NCBI GenBank assembly: GCA_043747595.1
Contig: JAYTOX010000021.1
Span: forward strand, 1,371 to 65,370
Source: Bacteroidota bacterium
GTDB taxonomy: Bacteria; Bacteroidota; Bacteroidia; AKYH767-A; 2013-40CM-41-45
DNA: 64,000 nt
Direction of reading: 5' to 3'
Made by a program: the position numbers and the translations under genes. Below, one piece after another: positions 49,410 to 59,831 of this stretch (within the stretch, counting starts at the first letter, position 1; each line of letters starts with the position of its first letter). The notes below the pieces were generated by a model. It did not search any database and was not told the origin of the DNA. It was given only the letters and a program-made list of their open reading frames with translations.

Positions 49410-50209
49410 CAATTTTAGAATTACAAGAACTTTGTAAACACGTTACACTTTTAACAAAAGATGTAGGCCAGTTTATTATGGAAGAGAGAAATAAATTTAC
49501 CTCTGCTTCTATTGAAAAAAAAGGCCACAATGATTTTGTGAGCTATGTCGATAAGACAGCAGAGATTAAAATTGTTAACCATATAAAACAATTGCTTCCA
49601 ATTGCCGGTTTCATAACCGAAGAGGCTACGGAAACAAAAAGAGGAATAGAATACAATTGGATAATTGATCCACTAGACGGTACTACTAATTTTATTCATG
49701 GAATTCCTTGCTTCTGTATCAGCATTGCTTTGATGCGAAATGATGAAATTGTAATTGGCGTGGTTCATGAATTGAATTTGGATGAATGCTTTTATGCTTG
49801 GAAAGATGGCGGAGCTTTTATGAATAATCAACCGATCTCTGTCAGTACAATTAATAAACTTTCAGATTCATTAATTGCTACAGGTTTTCCTTACCACGAT
49901 TACGATAGAATGTTACCGTACATGCGAGTATTTGATTGGTGTATGAAAAATACTCATGGCTTGAGACGATTAGGTTCTGCAGCGGCAGATTTAGCCTATG
50001 TGGCCTGTGGTAGATTTGAAGCGTTTTATGAATATGGATTAAATTCATGGGACGTGGCTGGAGGTGCACTAATTGTTAAAGAAGCTGGTGGGAAAGTAAC
50101 AGATTTTGTTAACGGCACTAATTATATTTTCGGTGCAGAAATGATTGCGTCTAATTCAAATGTCCACGATGAAATTCAAAAAGTAATTACACACGAATTC
50201 AATAGTTGA
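49406..50209 (+). CDS. suhB: Inositol monophosphatase family protein (SuhB-like)
   Basis: 'EE', 'WIIDPLDGTTNF', 'RRLGSAA' and 'WDVAGG'. Confidence 0.85.
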   Translation: MTILELQELCKHVTLLTKDVGQFIMEERNKFTSASIEKKGHNDFVSYVDKTAEIKIVNHIKQLLPIAGFITEEATETKRGIEYNWIIDPLDGTTNFIHGIPCFCISIALMRNDEIVIGVVHELNLDECFYAWKDGGAFMNNQPISVSTINKLSDSLIATGFPYHDYDRMLPYMRVFDWCMKNTHGLRRLGSAAADLAYVACGRFEAFYEYGLNSWDVAGGALIVKEAGGKVTDFVNGTNYIFGAEMIASNSNVHDEIQKVITHEFNS

Positions 50210-50216
50210 CTATTAT

Positions 50217-50738
50217 ATGGAATTACTTTTTGAAGAACAGCAACGCTTTTCTCACAAGATTTTTTGGATTACTCTTCTGTCCCTTACCGGTTTATTTTGT
50301 TATGCTTTTATTCAACAATACTTTTTTCATTTACCTTTTGGTCATAAACCAATGACAAATGTGGGGTTAGTGTTTGCCATTTTGTTTATGTGTTTTATTA
50401 TTATTCTCTTTTACAATTTCAAGTTGAGTACAAAAATCACTGATGAAGCGATTATTATCAAACTATATCCATTTCATCTGTATTCAAAAAGGTTTGAATG
50501 GCCACAACTAAGTGAAATAATTGTTCGGGAATATAATCCGCTAAAAGAATATGGAGGCTGGGGATTAAGAGGCTTTGGTGATAAAAAATCGGCTACTGTT
50601 AACGGCAGTTGGGCTATTGAGTTAGTGTTCCACAATGGCCAAAGTTTGCTTATAGGTACTAAAAATCCGGAAGACGCAAAGGCTAGTTTGAAGGTCTCGA
50701 AAATTTTAACAGAGTTCATTGCGCCATCAAAAATCTAA
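50217..50738 (+). CDS. Two-TM membrane protein (DUF6141-like)
   Basis: 'LFEEQQRF', 'Y.PL.EYGGWGLR' and 'LLIGT.NPE'. Confidence 0.7.
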   Translation: MELLFEEQQRFSHKIFWITLLSLTGLFCYAFIQQYFFHLPFGHKPMTNVGLVFAILFMCFIIILFYNFKLSTKITDEAIIIKLYPFHLYSKRFEWPQLSEIIVREYNPLKEYGGWGLRGFGDKKSATVNGSWAIELVFHNGQSLLIGTKNPEDAKASLKVSKILTEFIAPSKI

Positions 50739-50775
50739 TAGAGTATTTGATTCAATAAATGGTATCAGGTAGTAA

Positions 50776-51225
50776 CTATGCTATTGAAAGTACTTTAAAA
50801 CTATTACCATTTAACTCCATTTTCGACTTCACTTTTAGCCCAATTAGCGCTTGACCAATTGGTGAAATCGGCGATACTACCATGCATGATTCATTCGTGA
50901 TCATTACTTTTCCGATGGGTACAGCTATCAAAATAGTTCCTTTGTCAGTTTTTACTAGTGAACCTACTCTTATTTCATCACTTTCTACATCGGTACGAAT
51001 ATTATTTAGTGCCTCCTCTTGTTTTTGAAACTCTGAAATTTGACGATTTAATTTTTCCTGTTCTAATTGCATCATCGCTCGTGCTGTTTCGTGTTTATCG
51101 CCTGCCGAACTTTTGGAATCGCTCTCTGCATCATTCATCAATTCATTAACCTGACTTTTAAGTTCGTCCAATTTCTCGGAAATTAAAACTCGGCAATATT
51201 CAATTATTTCTTTTTTATCAATCAT
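50776..51225 (-). CDS. GreA/GreB-like protein
   Basis: N-terminal coiled coil with 'KSSAGDKHET.RAM.QLE' and C-terminal 'SP.SPIGQAL.G'. Confidence 0.75.
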   Translation of the reverse strand: MIDKKEIIEYCRVLISEKLDELKSQVNELMNDAESDSKSSAGDKHETARAMMQLEQEKLNRQISEFQKQEEALNNIRTDVESDEIRVGSLVKTDKGTILIAVPIGKVMITNESCMVVSPISPIGQALIGLKVKSKMELNGNSFKVLSIA

Positions 51226-51311
51226 CTTTTTGTTTAATTGGTAAATGCACTTTTATAAAACTTATTTTTTTTAAAAAAAATATGATAAATTAAAACCAAT
51301 TCTTGTCGACT

Positions 51312-51821
51312 TTATTTATTATTTTTTTTCATTCTAAAATACTCTTTTCGGTATTCTCCATTTTTATTTCCATCAACGTAGGCAATCAACGAATCTTGAT
51401 CAGGATGGGTATAAACAATTCGTTGAGGAAAATCATGGTCTTTGTTTTCAAATATCCACTCTCCATTTTTGAATCCTGCATACTTAAATAGTATTGGCAA
51501 TGCTCCATCTTCTGATTGAATACTAGGAATATAATAAATAATATTTTTAATTTTTTTCAGAGAAATCTCTTCATAAAAAATTGTATCGATTCCTGCTAAA
51601 TAAATACTACTTCCAACTAAAATTGAGTCGTTTATCTGATTCCACATTTCAACCATTTTTCCGGATGATGAACTATCCATCCATTGGCCTGTAAGCCATG
51701 AAAACTCGCTTAGATCATTTGTACTGTTTTTCGGATCACTTGAACATCCACAAACGTAAATCAAAACAAAAAGGAAGCTGACTTCTCTGATTAGTTTGAA
51801 ACTCAATTTATTATTTTTCAT
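51312..51821 (-). CDS. DUF6265-like lipoprotein
   Basis: Lipobox-like CGC, 'WLTG.W', 'E.W' and 'FEN..HDFPQRI.Y'. Confidence 0.75.
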   Translation of the reverse strand: MKNNKLSFKLIREVSFLFVLIYVCGCSSDPKNSTNDLSEFSWLTGQWMDSSSSGKMVEMWNQINDSILVGSSIYLAGIDTIFYEEISLKKIKNIIYYIPSIQSEDGALPILFKYAGFKNGEWIFENKDHDFPQRIVYTHPDQDSLIAYVDGNKNGEYRKEYFRMKKNNK

Positions 51822-51963
51822 TAATCTTTTTTAGTTGATCTTCATGTCTTCTACTTAATTTGCATTTGACTTTAAAATGTAAAGGAAAAAAAGCAGTGAA
51901 TTAATAAGACTTTCTGTTCAAATATAAATAAAGGTAGCGAACAAAACTAATCACTATTGATTT

Positions 51964-52560
51964 CTAAAACTCAATCTCTCCTGTCTCTATTTGATGAACG
52001 ATAGATTCAATTGTTTTATCAGCTCCTGTTGGATCATATCTGTCGTTTAGATCATGTCCGAAAAGTTTTGCTAACCCTTGAGCAAAAAAAGCGTTAAAGG
52101 TTCCTTTGAGCTCCTTTATTAATGCAAAAGAACTTTGACCTGTTTCTCGATCTATTAATTTTATTAATACATTTCCTTGATTGATGCTCAATTTTTTTAC
52201 TTGATCTTCAAAATCTTTTCTAACCTGATCTTCAACTTGATTTCGATATCGCTTTTTCTCCCGCTCGTTTGGTAGTGAAGCCATTTTATTATTCATCTCT
52301 TGTAATTTAACGGCAGCCAATCGTGCATACGGATATACTTTTATTACATTGAATCGTAATCGGTAATATTCTTGTAAATTTTTTAAGTAATCAGGCCCTT
52401 CAGCTTCAATATTTATAGTACTTAAATTTACAACATAAATCGTGTCTTCTTTTTCAATGATAAAAGGTAAATTTTTACCAAATTTTTTATCCTGCGCCAT
52501 CAATATTTGAAGCGAGAAAAATTTAAAAAATAAAAAAATAACAACTACCTGTTTATTCAT
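51964..52560 (-). CDS. DUF4294-like exported protein
   Basis: 'KVYPYA', 'QG.VLIKLIDRETG' and 'LIKELKG'; signal peptide. Confidence 0.8.
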   Translation of the reverse strand: MNKQVVVIFLFFKFFSLQILMAQDKKFGKNLPFIIEKEDTIYVVNLSTINIEAEGPDYLKNLQEYYRLRFNVIKVYPYARLAAVKLQEMNNKMASLPNEREKKRYRNQVEDQVRKDFEDQVKKLSINQGNVLIKLIDRETGQSSFALIKELKGTFNAFFAQGLAKLFGHDLNDRYDPTGADKTIESIVHQIETGEIEF

Positions 52561-52571
52561 GCATATGTCGA

Positions 52572-52587
52572 TTCAACAAACGTGCCT
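52572..52587 (-). promoter_or_regulatory. Putative sigma54 (-24/-12) promoter AGGCACG-N4-TTGAA
   Basis: GGCACG-N4-TTG with correct spacing, immediately upstream of the DUF4294-like gene. Confidence 0.5.
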
Positions 52588-54079
52588 AATCATTATTTCG
52601 AAGTCGATTCTGTTTCCATTTAGAAGTTACAGCCGATTGATTATTGTTCTCTTGAGTTTGTTTTTTATTTTTTGCTGAAAGTTTAACTGCAATTATTGCA
52701 GCTATCTTCGATTCTTCCTCGTTAGTATTTTTTTTACTGAAAGGAATAAAATACTTACTCACGAAATGTGTATCGAAATTTCCCGAAACGAATGCTTCAT
52801 GATTCATTACAAAATGACAAAATCCTAACGTTGTCTTTACTCCTATTATTTTATAATCTTCTATTGCTCTTTTCATTCTATCAATCGATTCTTCCCGATC
52901 CTTTCCATAAGTAATTAATTTGGCAATCATGGGGTCGTAATAGATAGGAATATCCATGCCTTCTTCAAAAGCATCGTCACACCGTACTCCCGGTCCTTGA
53001 GGTATTTTGTAGGTTAGTAGTTTGCCTATATCTGGTAAAAAATTATTATCCGGATCTTCTGCATAAACGCGAATTTCCATTGCATGTCCTTGTATCTTTA
53101 AATCACTTTGTTTGAAAGTGAGTTTCTCGCCTCTAGCAATTTTTATCTGTTCTTTTACTAAATCCAATCCTGTGATATATTCAGTAACCGGATGTTCAAC
53201 TTGCAAACGTGTATTCATTTCAAGAAAATAGAAATTTTTCTTTTCATCCAATAGAAATTCTACCGTTCCGGCTCCAACATAATTACACGCTTTTGCAACT
53301 TCAACTGCACATCTTCCCATTTCATTGCGAATCTCTTCTGTTAACACAGACGATGGTGCTTCTTCAACAACTTTTTGATGGCGCCGTTGAACACTGCATT
53401 CTCTCTCGAAAAGATGAACGATATTACTATGTGTATCACCTAAAACTTGAATCTCTATGTGTCTAGGAGAACCAACATAACGTTCTATAAAAACTGCACC
53501 GTCGCCAAAACTAGAGATTGCTTCACTTACGGCTAATTTCATTTGTTCCTCGAACTCACTTATTTTATTGACGATCCTCATCCCTTTTCCTCCGCCACCG
53601 GCAGAAGCTTTAATTAAAATTGGGAAGCCAATTTTTTCTGCAATAACTTTCGCTTCATTGATATCATCAATTGCTTTTGCTGTTCCTGGAACTAGAGGAA
53701 TATTGTGTTTCTCAGCAGTCGCTTTTGCTGCCAGTTTACTTCCCATCATCCTCATGGAATTGCCACTTGGACCAATGAAAATTAACCCTGACGCAATAAC
53801 TAAATCGGCAAACTGTGCATTCTCCGATAGAAAACCATAACCGGGATGGATCGCATCGGCACCGGTCGATTTAGCAGCTGCAATAATTTTGTCCATTACC
53901 AAATAACTTTGAGATGAAGCCGGTGGACCAATACATATTGCTTCATCGGCATAACGCACATGCAAGGCATTACGATCGGCTTCAGAAAATACTGCTACTG
54001 TCGCTATGCCCATTTCTTTTGCTGAACGCATAATACGGATCGCAATTTCTCCTCTGTTGGCAACAAGTATTTTTTTCAT
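52586..54079 (-). CDS. accC: Biotin carboxylase subunit of an acyl-CoA carboxylase
   Basis: 'KILVANRGEIA', 'HPGYGFLSEN', 'GGGGKGMR', 'ERECSVQRRHQK' and 'EMNTRLQVEHPVTE'. Confidence 0.9.
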   Translation of the reverse strand: MKKILVANRGEIAIRIMRSAKEMGIATVAVFSEADRNALHVRYADEAICIGPPASSQSYLVMDKIIAAAKSTGADAIHPGYGFLSENAQFADLVIASGLIFIGPSGNSMRMMGSKLAAKATAEKHNIPLVPGTAKAIDDINEAKVIAEKIGFPILIKASAGGGGKGMRIVNKISEFEEQMKLAVSEAISSFGDGAVFIERYVGSPRHIEIQVLGDTHSNIVHLFERECSVQRRHQKVVEEAPSSVLTEEIRNEMGRCAVEVAKACNYVGAGTVEFLLDEKKNFYFLEMNTRLQVEHPVTEYITGLDLVKEQIKIARGEKLTFKQSDLKIQGHAMEIRVYAEDPDNNFLPDIGKLLTYKIPQGPGVRCDDAFEEGMDIPIYYDPMIAKLITYGKDREESIDRMKRAIEDYKIIGVKTTLGFCHFVMNHEAFVSGNFDTHFVSKYFIPFSKKNTNEEESKIAAIIAVKLSAKNKKQTQENNNQSAVTSKWKQNRLRNND

Positions 54080-54143
54080 AGTTATCGAAGATGATTTAGT
54101 ACAGCGGAGAATTCATGAATAAGTTACTGAAAACTTTTGATTG

Positions 54144-55031
54144 TTATTTTTTTATTGAATGATATCCTATTAATCTATAAACTAATTTTGCTAGTGTATA
54201 TTCAGATAAAATTGTTCCTTCCATTGGCGCACATTCTAAAACGTCAAAGCCAACAATTTCTCTTTCTTCAAAAACGCGTCGCAAGAAAGTTAATGTTTCC
54301 GACCAATAGATACCATTTGGTTCGGCAGTTCCTACTGCCGGCATAATTGATGGATCAAAACCATCTGCATCAATAGATAGGTAAACATGTTTGGGAAGGC
54401 AAGCAATTGCTTGATCCATCCAATTATCGTTTTTACGAATTTGATGCGCGTAGAAAGTATTTATTATGGTACTACTTTTAATGAGATCTGATTCTTCTTT
54501 GCATTGAGCTCGAATCCCAATCTGCACGAGTGGTATTTGCATGTCATGAACTCTTTTCATTACTGATGCATGCGAATATTTATTGCCATTGTATGCTTCA
54601 CGAAGATCGGAATGTGCATCTATTTGCAATACTGCCATGTGAGGATATAATCTGTGATGGGCTCTAACAAAACCATTTGTAATGGTATGTTCTGCACCTA
54701 ATGAAATTACAAATTTTCCGTCTTTCAACAATTTATTTGTTTCATCGTCGATGTATTGCATTGCCTCTTCATCGACTTTATTGCTGAAATCCATTGCTTC
54801 CATCGTCGCTATTCCCCCATTTCTAAAGGTTTCGCAATCTAATTCTTCGTCGTAAAATTCTACAAAATGCGATGCAGATAAAATTGCAGCCGGACCTTTC
54901 GATGAACCTTCTAAATAAGATGATGTATGTTCGTAAGGCACTTGTTGTATAACATATTTTGCTTGAGAATAATCTGCGAACGATTCTTCAGGTAATGCTA
55001 AAAAAGCCTTGTCGGCAGGTAGTGCTTTCAT
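54144..55031 (-). CDS. speB: Agmatinase (ureohydrolase family)
   Basis: 'GAEH', 'DAHSD', 'SHAS', 'SIDADGFDP' and 'GT.EP.G'. Confidence 0.88.
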   Translation of the reverse strand: MKALPADKAFLALPEESFADYSQAKYVIQQVPYEHTSSYLEGSSKGPAAILSASHFVEFYDEELDCETFRNGGIATMEAMDFSNKVDEEAMQYIDDETNKLLKDGKFVISLGAEHTITNGFVRAHHRLYPHMAVLQIDAHSDLREAYNGNKYSHASVMKRVHDMQIPLVQIGIRAQCKEESDLIKSSTIINTFYAHQIRKNDNWMDQAIACLPKHVYLSIDADGFDPSIMPAVGTAEPNGIYWSETLTFLRRVFEEREIVGFDVLECAPMEGTILSEYTLAKLVYRLIGYHSIKK

Positions 55032-55092
55032 GAAACTATTCTTAAAATTTTGATTTTATTTTTTCAACTTATAATTCAGACAAGTTGATACT

Positions 55093-55129
55093 AAAAGCAA
55101 AATTCCGGTGAGTGACCGGAATTTTGTTT
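55093..55129 (-). terminator. Intrinsic terminator after sucC
   Basis: CAAAATTCCGGT-gagtg-ACCGGAATTTTG inverted repeat with a U-tract on the minus strand. Confidence 0.75.
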
Positions 55130-55132
55130 GTT

Positions 55133-56326
55133 TTATTTTTTCAAAACTAAATTGACCAGGTCTGCTGCTTCTTTCAGTTGTATGGCTGAATACACTTTTA
55201 ATCCACTGTCGTCTATGATCTTTTTTGCTTCTACGGCGTTCGTTCCTTGCAAACGAACAATAATAGGAACAGGAATTGCTCCGATATTTTTGTAAGCATC
55301 TACAATGCCTTGTGCAACTCTATCGCAACGAACAATACCACCAAAAATATTTACAAGTATTGCTTTTACATTCGGATCTTTTAAGATAATACGGAAAGCT
55401 TGTTCAACACGAGCAGCATTTGCAGTACCTCCAACATCTAAAAAGTTTGCCGGTTCGCCACCTGCAATTTTAATAATGTCCATAGTTGCCATTGCTAAGC
55501 CGGCACCATTTACCATACATCCTACGTTACCATCTAATTTTACATAGTTAAGATTGTGCTCTCCTGCTTCTACTTCTGTTGCATCCTCTTCTGTAATATC
55601 GCGCATTGCTAAATAATCTGGATGACGGAACAATCCATTTTCGTCGAAATTTACTTTTGAATCGACTGCAATTATTTTATCATCCGAAGTTTTTAAAACC
55701 GGATTGATTTCAAACATTGATGCATCGATTGAATCATATGCTTTGTATAGTGAAGCAATAAATTTCGTCATTCCTTTGAATGCTTCTCCACTAAGACCTA
55801 AGTTGAAAGCGATCTTTCGTGTTTGAAATGCTTGCAGTCCTACGGAAGGATCAATTTCTTCTTTGTGTATTAAGTGTGGTGTGTGTTCTGCAACTTCTTC
55901 AATGTCCATTCCACCTTCAGTAGAATACATGATTATATTTCTTCCTGTTTGACGATTTAATAAAACAGAAACATAAAATTCTTTCGTTGGACTAGCGCCA
56001 GGATAATAAACATCTTGTGCAACGAGTACTTTACTGACTTTTTTTCCTTGAGGGCCAGTTTGAGGTGTTATTAGATTCATTCCAATTATATTGGTCGCTC
56101 TTTCCTTTACTTCCTCTAACGATTTCGCCAATTTCACTCCTCCACCTTTCCCTCGGCCACCTGCATGAATCTGAGCTTTGATAACCCACCAGTTTGTACC
56201 GGTCAATTTAGTTAACTCTTGCGCTGCAGCAACAGCTTGCTCGGGTGTGTCAGCAACAATACCTTCTTGAATTCCAACTCCAAAAGATTTGAGAATGGAT
56301 TTGCCTTGATATTCGTGAATATTCAT
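55133..56326 (-). CDS. sucC: Succinyl-CoA synthetase beta subunit
   Basis: 'MNIHEYQGK', 'KAQIHAGGRGKGGG', 'NGAGLAMATMD', 'ANFLDVGG' and 'NIFGGIVRCD'. Confidence 0.97.
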   Translation of the reverse strand: MNIHEYQGKSILKSFGVGIQEGIVADTPEQAVAAAQELTKLTGTNWWVIKAQIHAGGRGKGGGVKLAKSLEEVKERATNIIGMNLITPQTGPQGKKVSKVLVAQDVYYPGASPTKEFYVSVLLNRQTGRNIIMYSTEGGMDIEEVAEHTPHLIHKEEIDPSVGLQAFQTRKIAFNLGLSGEAFKGMTKFIASLYKAYDSIDASMFEINPVLKTSDDKIIAVDSKVNFDENGLFRHPDYLAMRDITEEDATEVEAGEHNLNYVKLDGNVGCMVNGAGLAMATMDIIKIAGGEPANFLDVGGTANAARVEQAFRIILKDPNVKAILVNIFGGIVRCDRVAQGIVDAYKNIGAIPVPIIVRLQGTNAVEAKKIIDDSGLKVYSAIQLKEAADLVNLVLKK

Positions 56327-56601
56327 AAGAATGTGTTCTAATAGGATGCCACCATTGGCATTGTGGGCGCAAAAATAGAACTTTTAAGCTATTTTAAGGC
56401 ACTTTTTTCAGGAAATTTGCCTTGAATTAGTGATGAAATGCCACTAGTTATTAACATCTTATCTATTCGAATGGAAATATTCCTTTTTTACAGTTTATAA
56501 CTAGTAAATCAGACGGGAATTCAACAATTGAAAAGTTTTAATTTCTTCCATAAAAGTTACTGTACTCTACTGCCAATTCTCTTGTTTCATGACAAACAAT
56601 T

Positions 56602-57123
56602 TTACAAGTATCTGCTCTTGATAACTGACAAATGGTGGCGTTCGTGAACCAAAATAAAATAAATAATCGACCGAACGCTTACTTCTTTTTCGTTTGCTGT
56701 TCCAACTTGATCCAACAATTTAAAGTCCATATTTTGAATCATAAGTATAGTTGATGTTCTCACTGCTTTCATTTCCTCGGAAATATCATTCAATTTCCTT
56801 GTCGAATAATTACTGTTTTTGGCGTATTCATTTTCGTCAAATGCCGGTAAGGATTGCTTCTCTCCCCTCATAAAACACAAAAGTCGGTAACTTAATATTC
56901 GTTCCGTATCTATCAAGTGGCCTAAAACTTCTTTCACTGACCACTTACTTACTTCGTACTTAATTTCACCTTGATCTGTTTTTAATGATTGCATGAATTG
57001 ATATGTAGTCGATTGTTGATCGATCAATGCTTGTAAGATGTCTGTTTCAACAAGTAGATGTCGATACGACTCATAATAGGGAATCATAGTCCCTACTGCC
57101 GGTGCTGAAATGTGTGTGTACAT
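56602..57123 (-). CDS. DinB/YfiT family protein
   Basis: 'KWSVKEVLGHL.DTERI..YR', 'FDENEY' and 'HERHH'. Confidence 0.88.
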   Translation of the reverse strand: MYTHISAPAVGTMIPYYESYRHLLVETDILQALIDQQSTTYQFMQSLKTDQGEIKYEVSKWSVKEVLGHLIDTERILSYRLLCFMRGEKQSLPAFDENEYAKNSNYSTRKLNDISEEMKAVRTSTILMIQNMDFKLLDQVGTANEKEVSVRSIIYFILVHERHHLSVIKSRYL

Positions 57124-57246
57124 GCTGATGTGATTTGAAGATGTGAATTTAATTTAAATTAAAACAAATTTGCCTTTCATAAACAATTAACTTTTCAATA
57201 ATATTTGAAGTTGGCTAACTTTATTATGTTTGTATTGCCACAATCT

Positions 57247-59700
57247 ATGAAACTAACTCTTACATTATTTTTTCTACTTTCCTTTTTAGCCCGCCAAGAA
57301 GCAGCTGTAATACCCAAAACGTACAGGGCTATATCTACTTCGCTCGGAATAAAAATTGATGGGAAAGGTTCCGATGAAGCTTGGAAAACAGCAGAAATAG
57401 CAAATAGTTTTAAACAATTAGATCCTGTAGAAGGAATAGATCCATCTCAACAAACGGAAGTTCGATTGGTGTATGATAATACGGCATTATACGTTTTTGC
57501 CAGAATGTTCGATACACATGCAGATAGTATTCTTCATGAATTGGGAAATCGCGATGAAGGAAGTGAACTTAATAGTGATGCTTTTCGATTTGGATTCGAC
57601 CCTTACAACAAGCGACAAAATGGATATGTTTTTGAAGTTACTGCTAGTGGTGTTCAGAGTGAATCGTTCAGCGATGATATGACGTTCGATGCTGTTTGGC
57701 AATCTGCAGTAACTATTGATTCACTTGGATGGAATGTTGAGATGAAAATTCCTTATTCTGCAATTCGTTTTCCTTCCGGAAATATTCAAACTTGGGGAAT
57801 GCAATTTGCAAGAGTAATTAGAAGAAATCGTGAGTACGATCAATGGACGTTGACTCCAAAAGAAACTCAAAATAAAATGCTCTATTGGGGAACAATGACG
57901 GGCATAGAAAATATTCATCCTCCTCTTCGATTAAATCTTACTCCTTATTTTTCTATCTATGGCATTCGTTCGCCGAGATATGTAAATGGTAGCATTTCCG
58001 GTAGCGACAAAACTTTTGGGTATTCCGGTGGTGCAGATATTAAGTACGGAATTGATGAACGTTTTACACTTGATATGACTTTGCTTCCCGATTTTAGTCA
58101 AGTACAAAGTGACAATAAGATTAAAAATCTTTCAGCGTTCGAGACTATTTACAGTGAGAACCGTCCATTTTTTAAAGAAGGAACAAGTTTGTTTAATCAA
58201 GGCGGAATTTTTTATTCGCGGAGAATAGGAAAAACGCCTTCGCTTTATTATGATGTTCCATACATGTTGGAAGAAGGCGAAGAAATTGAATCGAATCCCG
58301 ACAAATCGCGTTTGGTAAATGCAACTAAAATTTCAGGAAGAACCGATAAAGGACTTGGCATCGGATTGATTAATGCAATTACAGCAAATACTTATGCAAT
58401 TATCAAAAAAGCTGATGGTAGTTTGCGGAAAATACTCACTGAGCCTCTCACAAATTATAATGTTCTGTTGATTGATCAACAATTTAAACATAACAGTAAT
58501 CTCATTATTGAAAATGCCAATACACTTCGTGAAGGCAAAGGCCGTGATGCAAATGTAACCGCTATTCAAAGTAGGATTGAGGATAAAAATAATACGATGC
58601 GATTTTCTTTTGGGTCTACTATTACTCATGTAGCAACATGGACTGAAGTGAAAAATACAAAGGACGGAGGTAAATTGTTTGGAGGATTCGATAAAATAAA
58701 AGGAGCTTCGCAGTATGGAATTTTCTTTGAAGCCGCAAATAAAAATTATGATAAAAATGATTTAGGTTACAGCTTCTACAAAGATTATAGCATTTTGAAT
58801 ATGTACTATAGTTTAAATGCATTCAATCCTTTTTGGAAATATTTTAAACAAGGTAGCATTACTCCCTATTACAGTAGAAATGGCATTCCAAGTTTGCAGA
58901 ATAGATCGACTAATGAATATGCAGGATTCAATTTTTTCTTGCTAACGAATCATAACTGGTCGGCCTTTTGTGATTTTGGAACAGCTCTTACTGCTCAACA
59001 CGATTATTATGAGCCACGCATTGAAGGACGATATGTAGTGATTCCGAAAAACTATAATGGCTCGCTTAATTTCAGCACTAATTATAATAAGCGTTTGGCT
59101 TTCGATTTCGGTTCTAGATATAACATTATTGACGATTGGAATACCAAAAGCTATGGCTATTATATTAATCCTATTTTTCGTGTAAGCGATAAAATGAAAA
59201 TCAGATTTGAACATTATTTAGATGTGAGTACAAACGATCGAGGATTTTCTGATTATAACGATCTTACTAACGATGTATATTTTGGTCGACGAGATATCAT
59301 TACGATAACAAATGCATTGACCTGCCGCTACCTTATTAAAAACGACATGTCTATTACTCTCACAGAGCGCCACTATTGGTCGGAAGGAACTTATAATGCT
59401 AAATTCTTGCTTACTTCTGTTGGAAATTTGGAATATAGCCCTGCACCTGCATCAACTATTTCAAATTTAAATTTCAATAGTAATTACTTTACTGTCGACT
59501 TAGTTTACAACTGGCAATTTGCTCCGGGAAGTTCCTTTATTGCGACGTATAAAAATGTTATTTTCTCAGATAATTCTTCCACTCAATTTGACTATTTCAG
59601 TAACCTTAATCGAACGTTTTCTTCGCCTCAAACAAATTCCATTTACCTCAAATTTTTGTACTATTTGGATTATCAATATTTGGTAAAAAAGAAATCATAG
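57247..59700 (+). CDS. CBM9-like / DUF5916 domain exported protein
   Basis: 'IDG...DEAW', 'YD..ALYV', 'E.KIP.SAIRF', 'PDFSQV.SD', 'ENRPFF.EG' and 'FYSRRIG'. A TATGTTTG box upstream supports the start at 57247. Confidence 0.8.
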   Translation: MKLTLTLFFLLSFLARQEAAVIPKTYRAISTSLGIKIDGKGSDEAWKTAEIANSFKQLDPVEGIDPSQQTEVRLVYDNTALYVFARMFDTHADSILHELGNRDEGSELNSDAFRFGFDPYNKRQNGYVFEVTASGVQSESFSDDMTFDAVWQSAVTIDSLGWNVEMKIPYSAIRFPSGNIQTWGMQFARVIRRNREYDQWTLTPKETQNKMLYWGTMTGIENIHPPLRLNLTPYFSIYGIRSPRYVNGSISGSDKTFGYSGGADIKYGIDERFTLDMTLLPDFSQVQSDNKIKNLSAFETIYSENRPFFKEGTSLFNQGGIFYSRRIGKTPSLYYDVPYMLEEGEEIESNPDKSRLVNATKISGRTDKGLGIGLINAITANTYAIIKKADGSLRKILTEPLTNYNVLLIDQQFKHNSNLIIENANTLREGKGRDANVTAIQSRIEDKNNTMRFSFGSTITHVATWTEVKNTKDGGKLFGGFDKIKGASQYGIFFEAANKNYDKNDLGYSFYKDYSILNMYYSLNAFNPFWKYFKQGSITPYYSRNGIPSLQNRSTNEYAGFNFFLLTNHNWSAFCDFGTALTAQHDYYEPRIEGRYVVIPKNYNGSLNFSTNYNKRLAFDFGSRYNIIDDWNTKSYGYYINPIFRVSDKMKIRFEHYLDVSTNDRGFSDYNDLTNDVYFGRRDIITITNALTCRYLIKNDMSITLTERHYWSEGTYNAKFLLTSVGNLEYSPAPASTISNLNFNSNYFTVDLVYNWQFAPGSSFIATYKNVIFSDNSSTQFDYFSNLNRTFSSPQTNSIYLKFLYYLDYQYLVKKKS

Positions 59701-59831
59701 CTCGTAAGGAAGAACGGCGAAAAGCTGCAAATTAATTCAGTCGTACCTCCATATTATTCATTTGCTATGAAAAGATATTATTACCTTCGCTGCGATAGTA
59801 AATAAATTCATCTTCAAATGGACGATCATCC

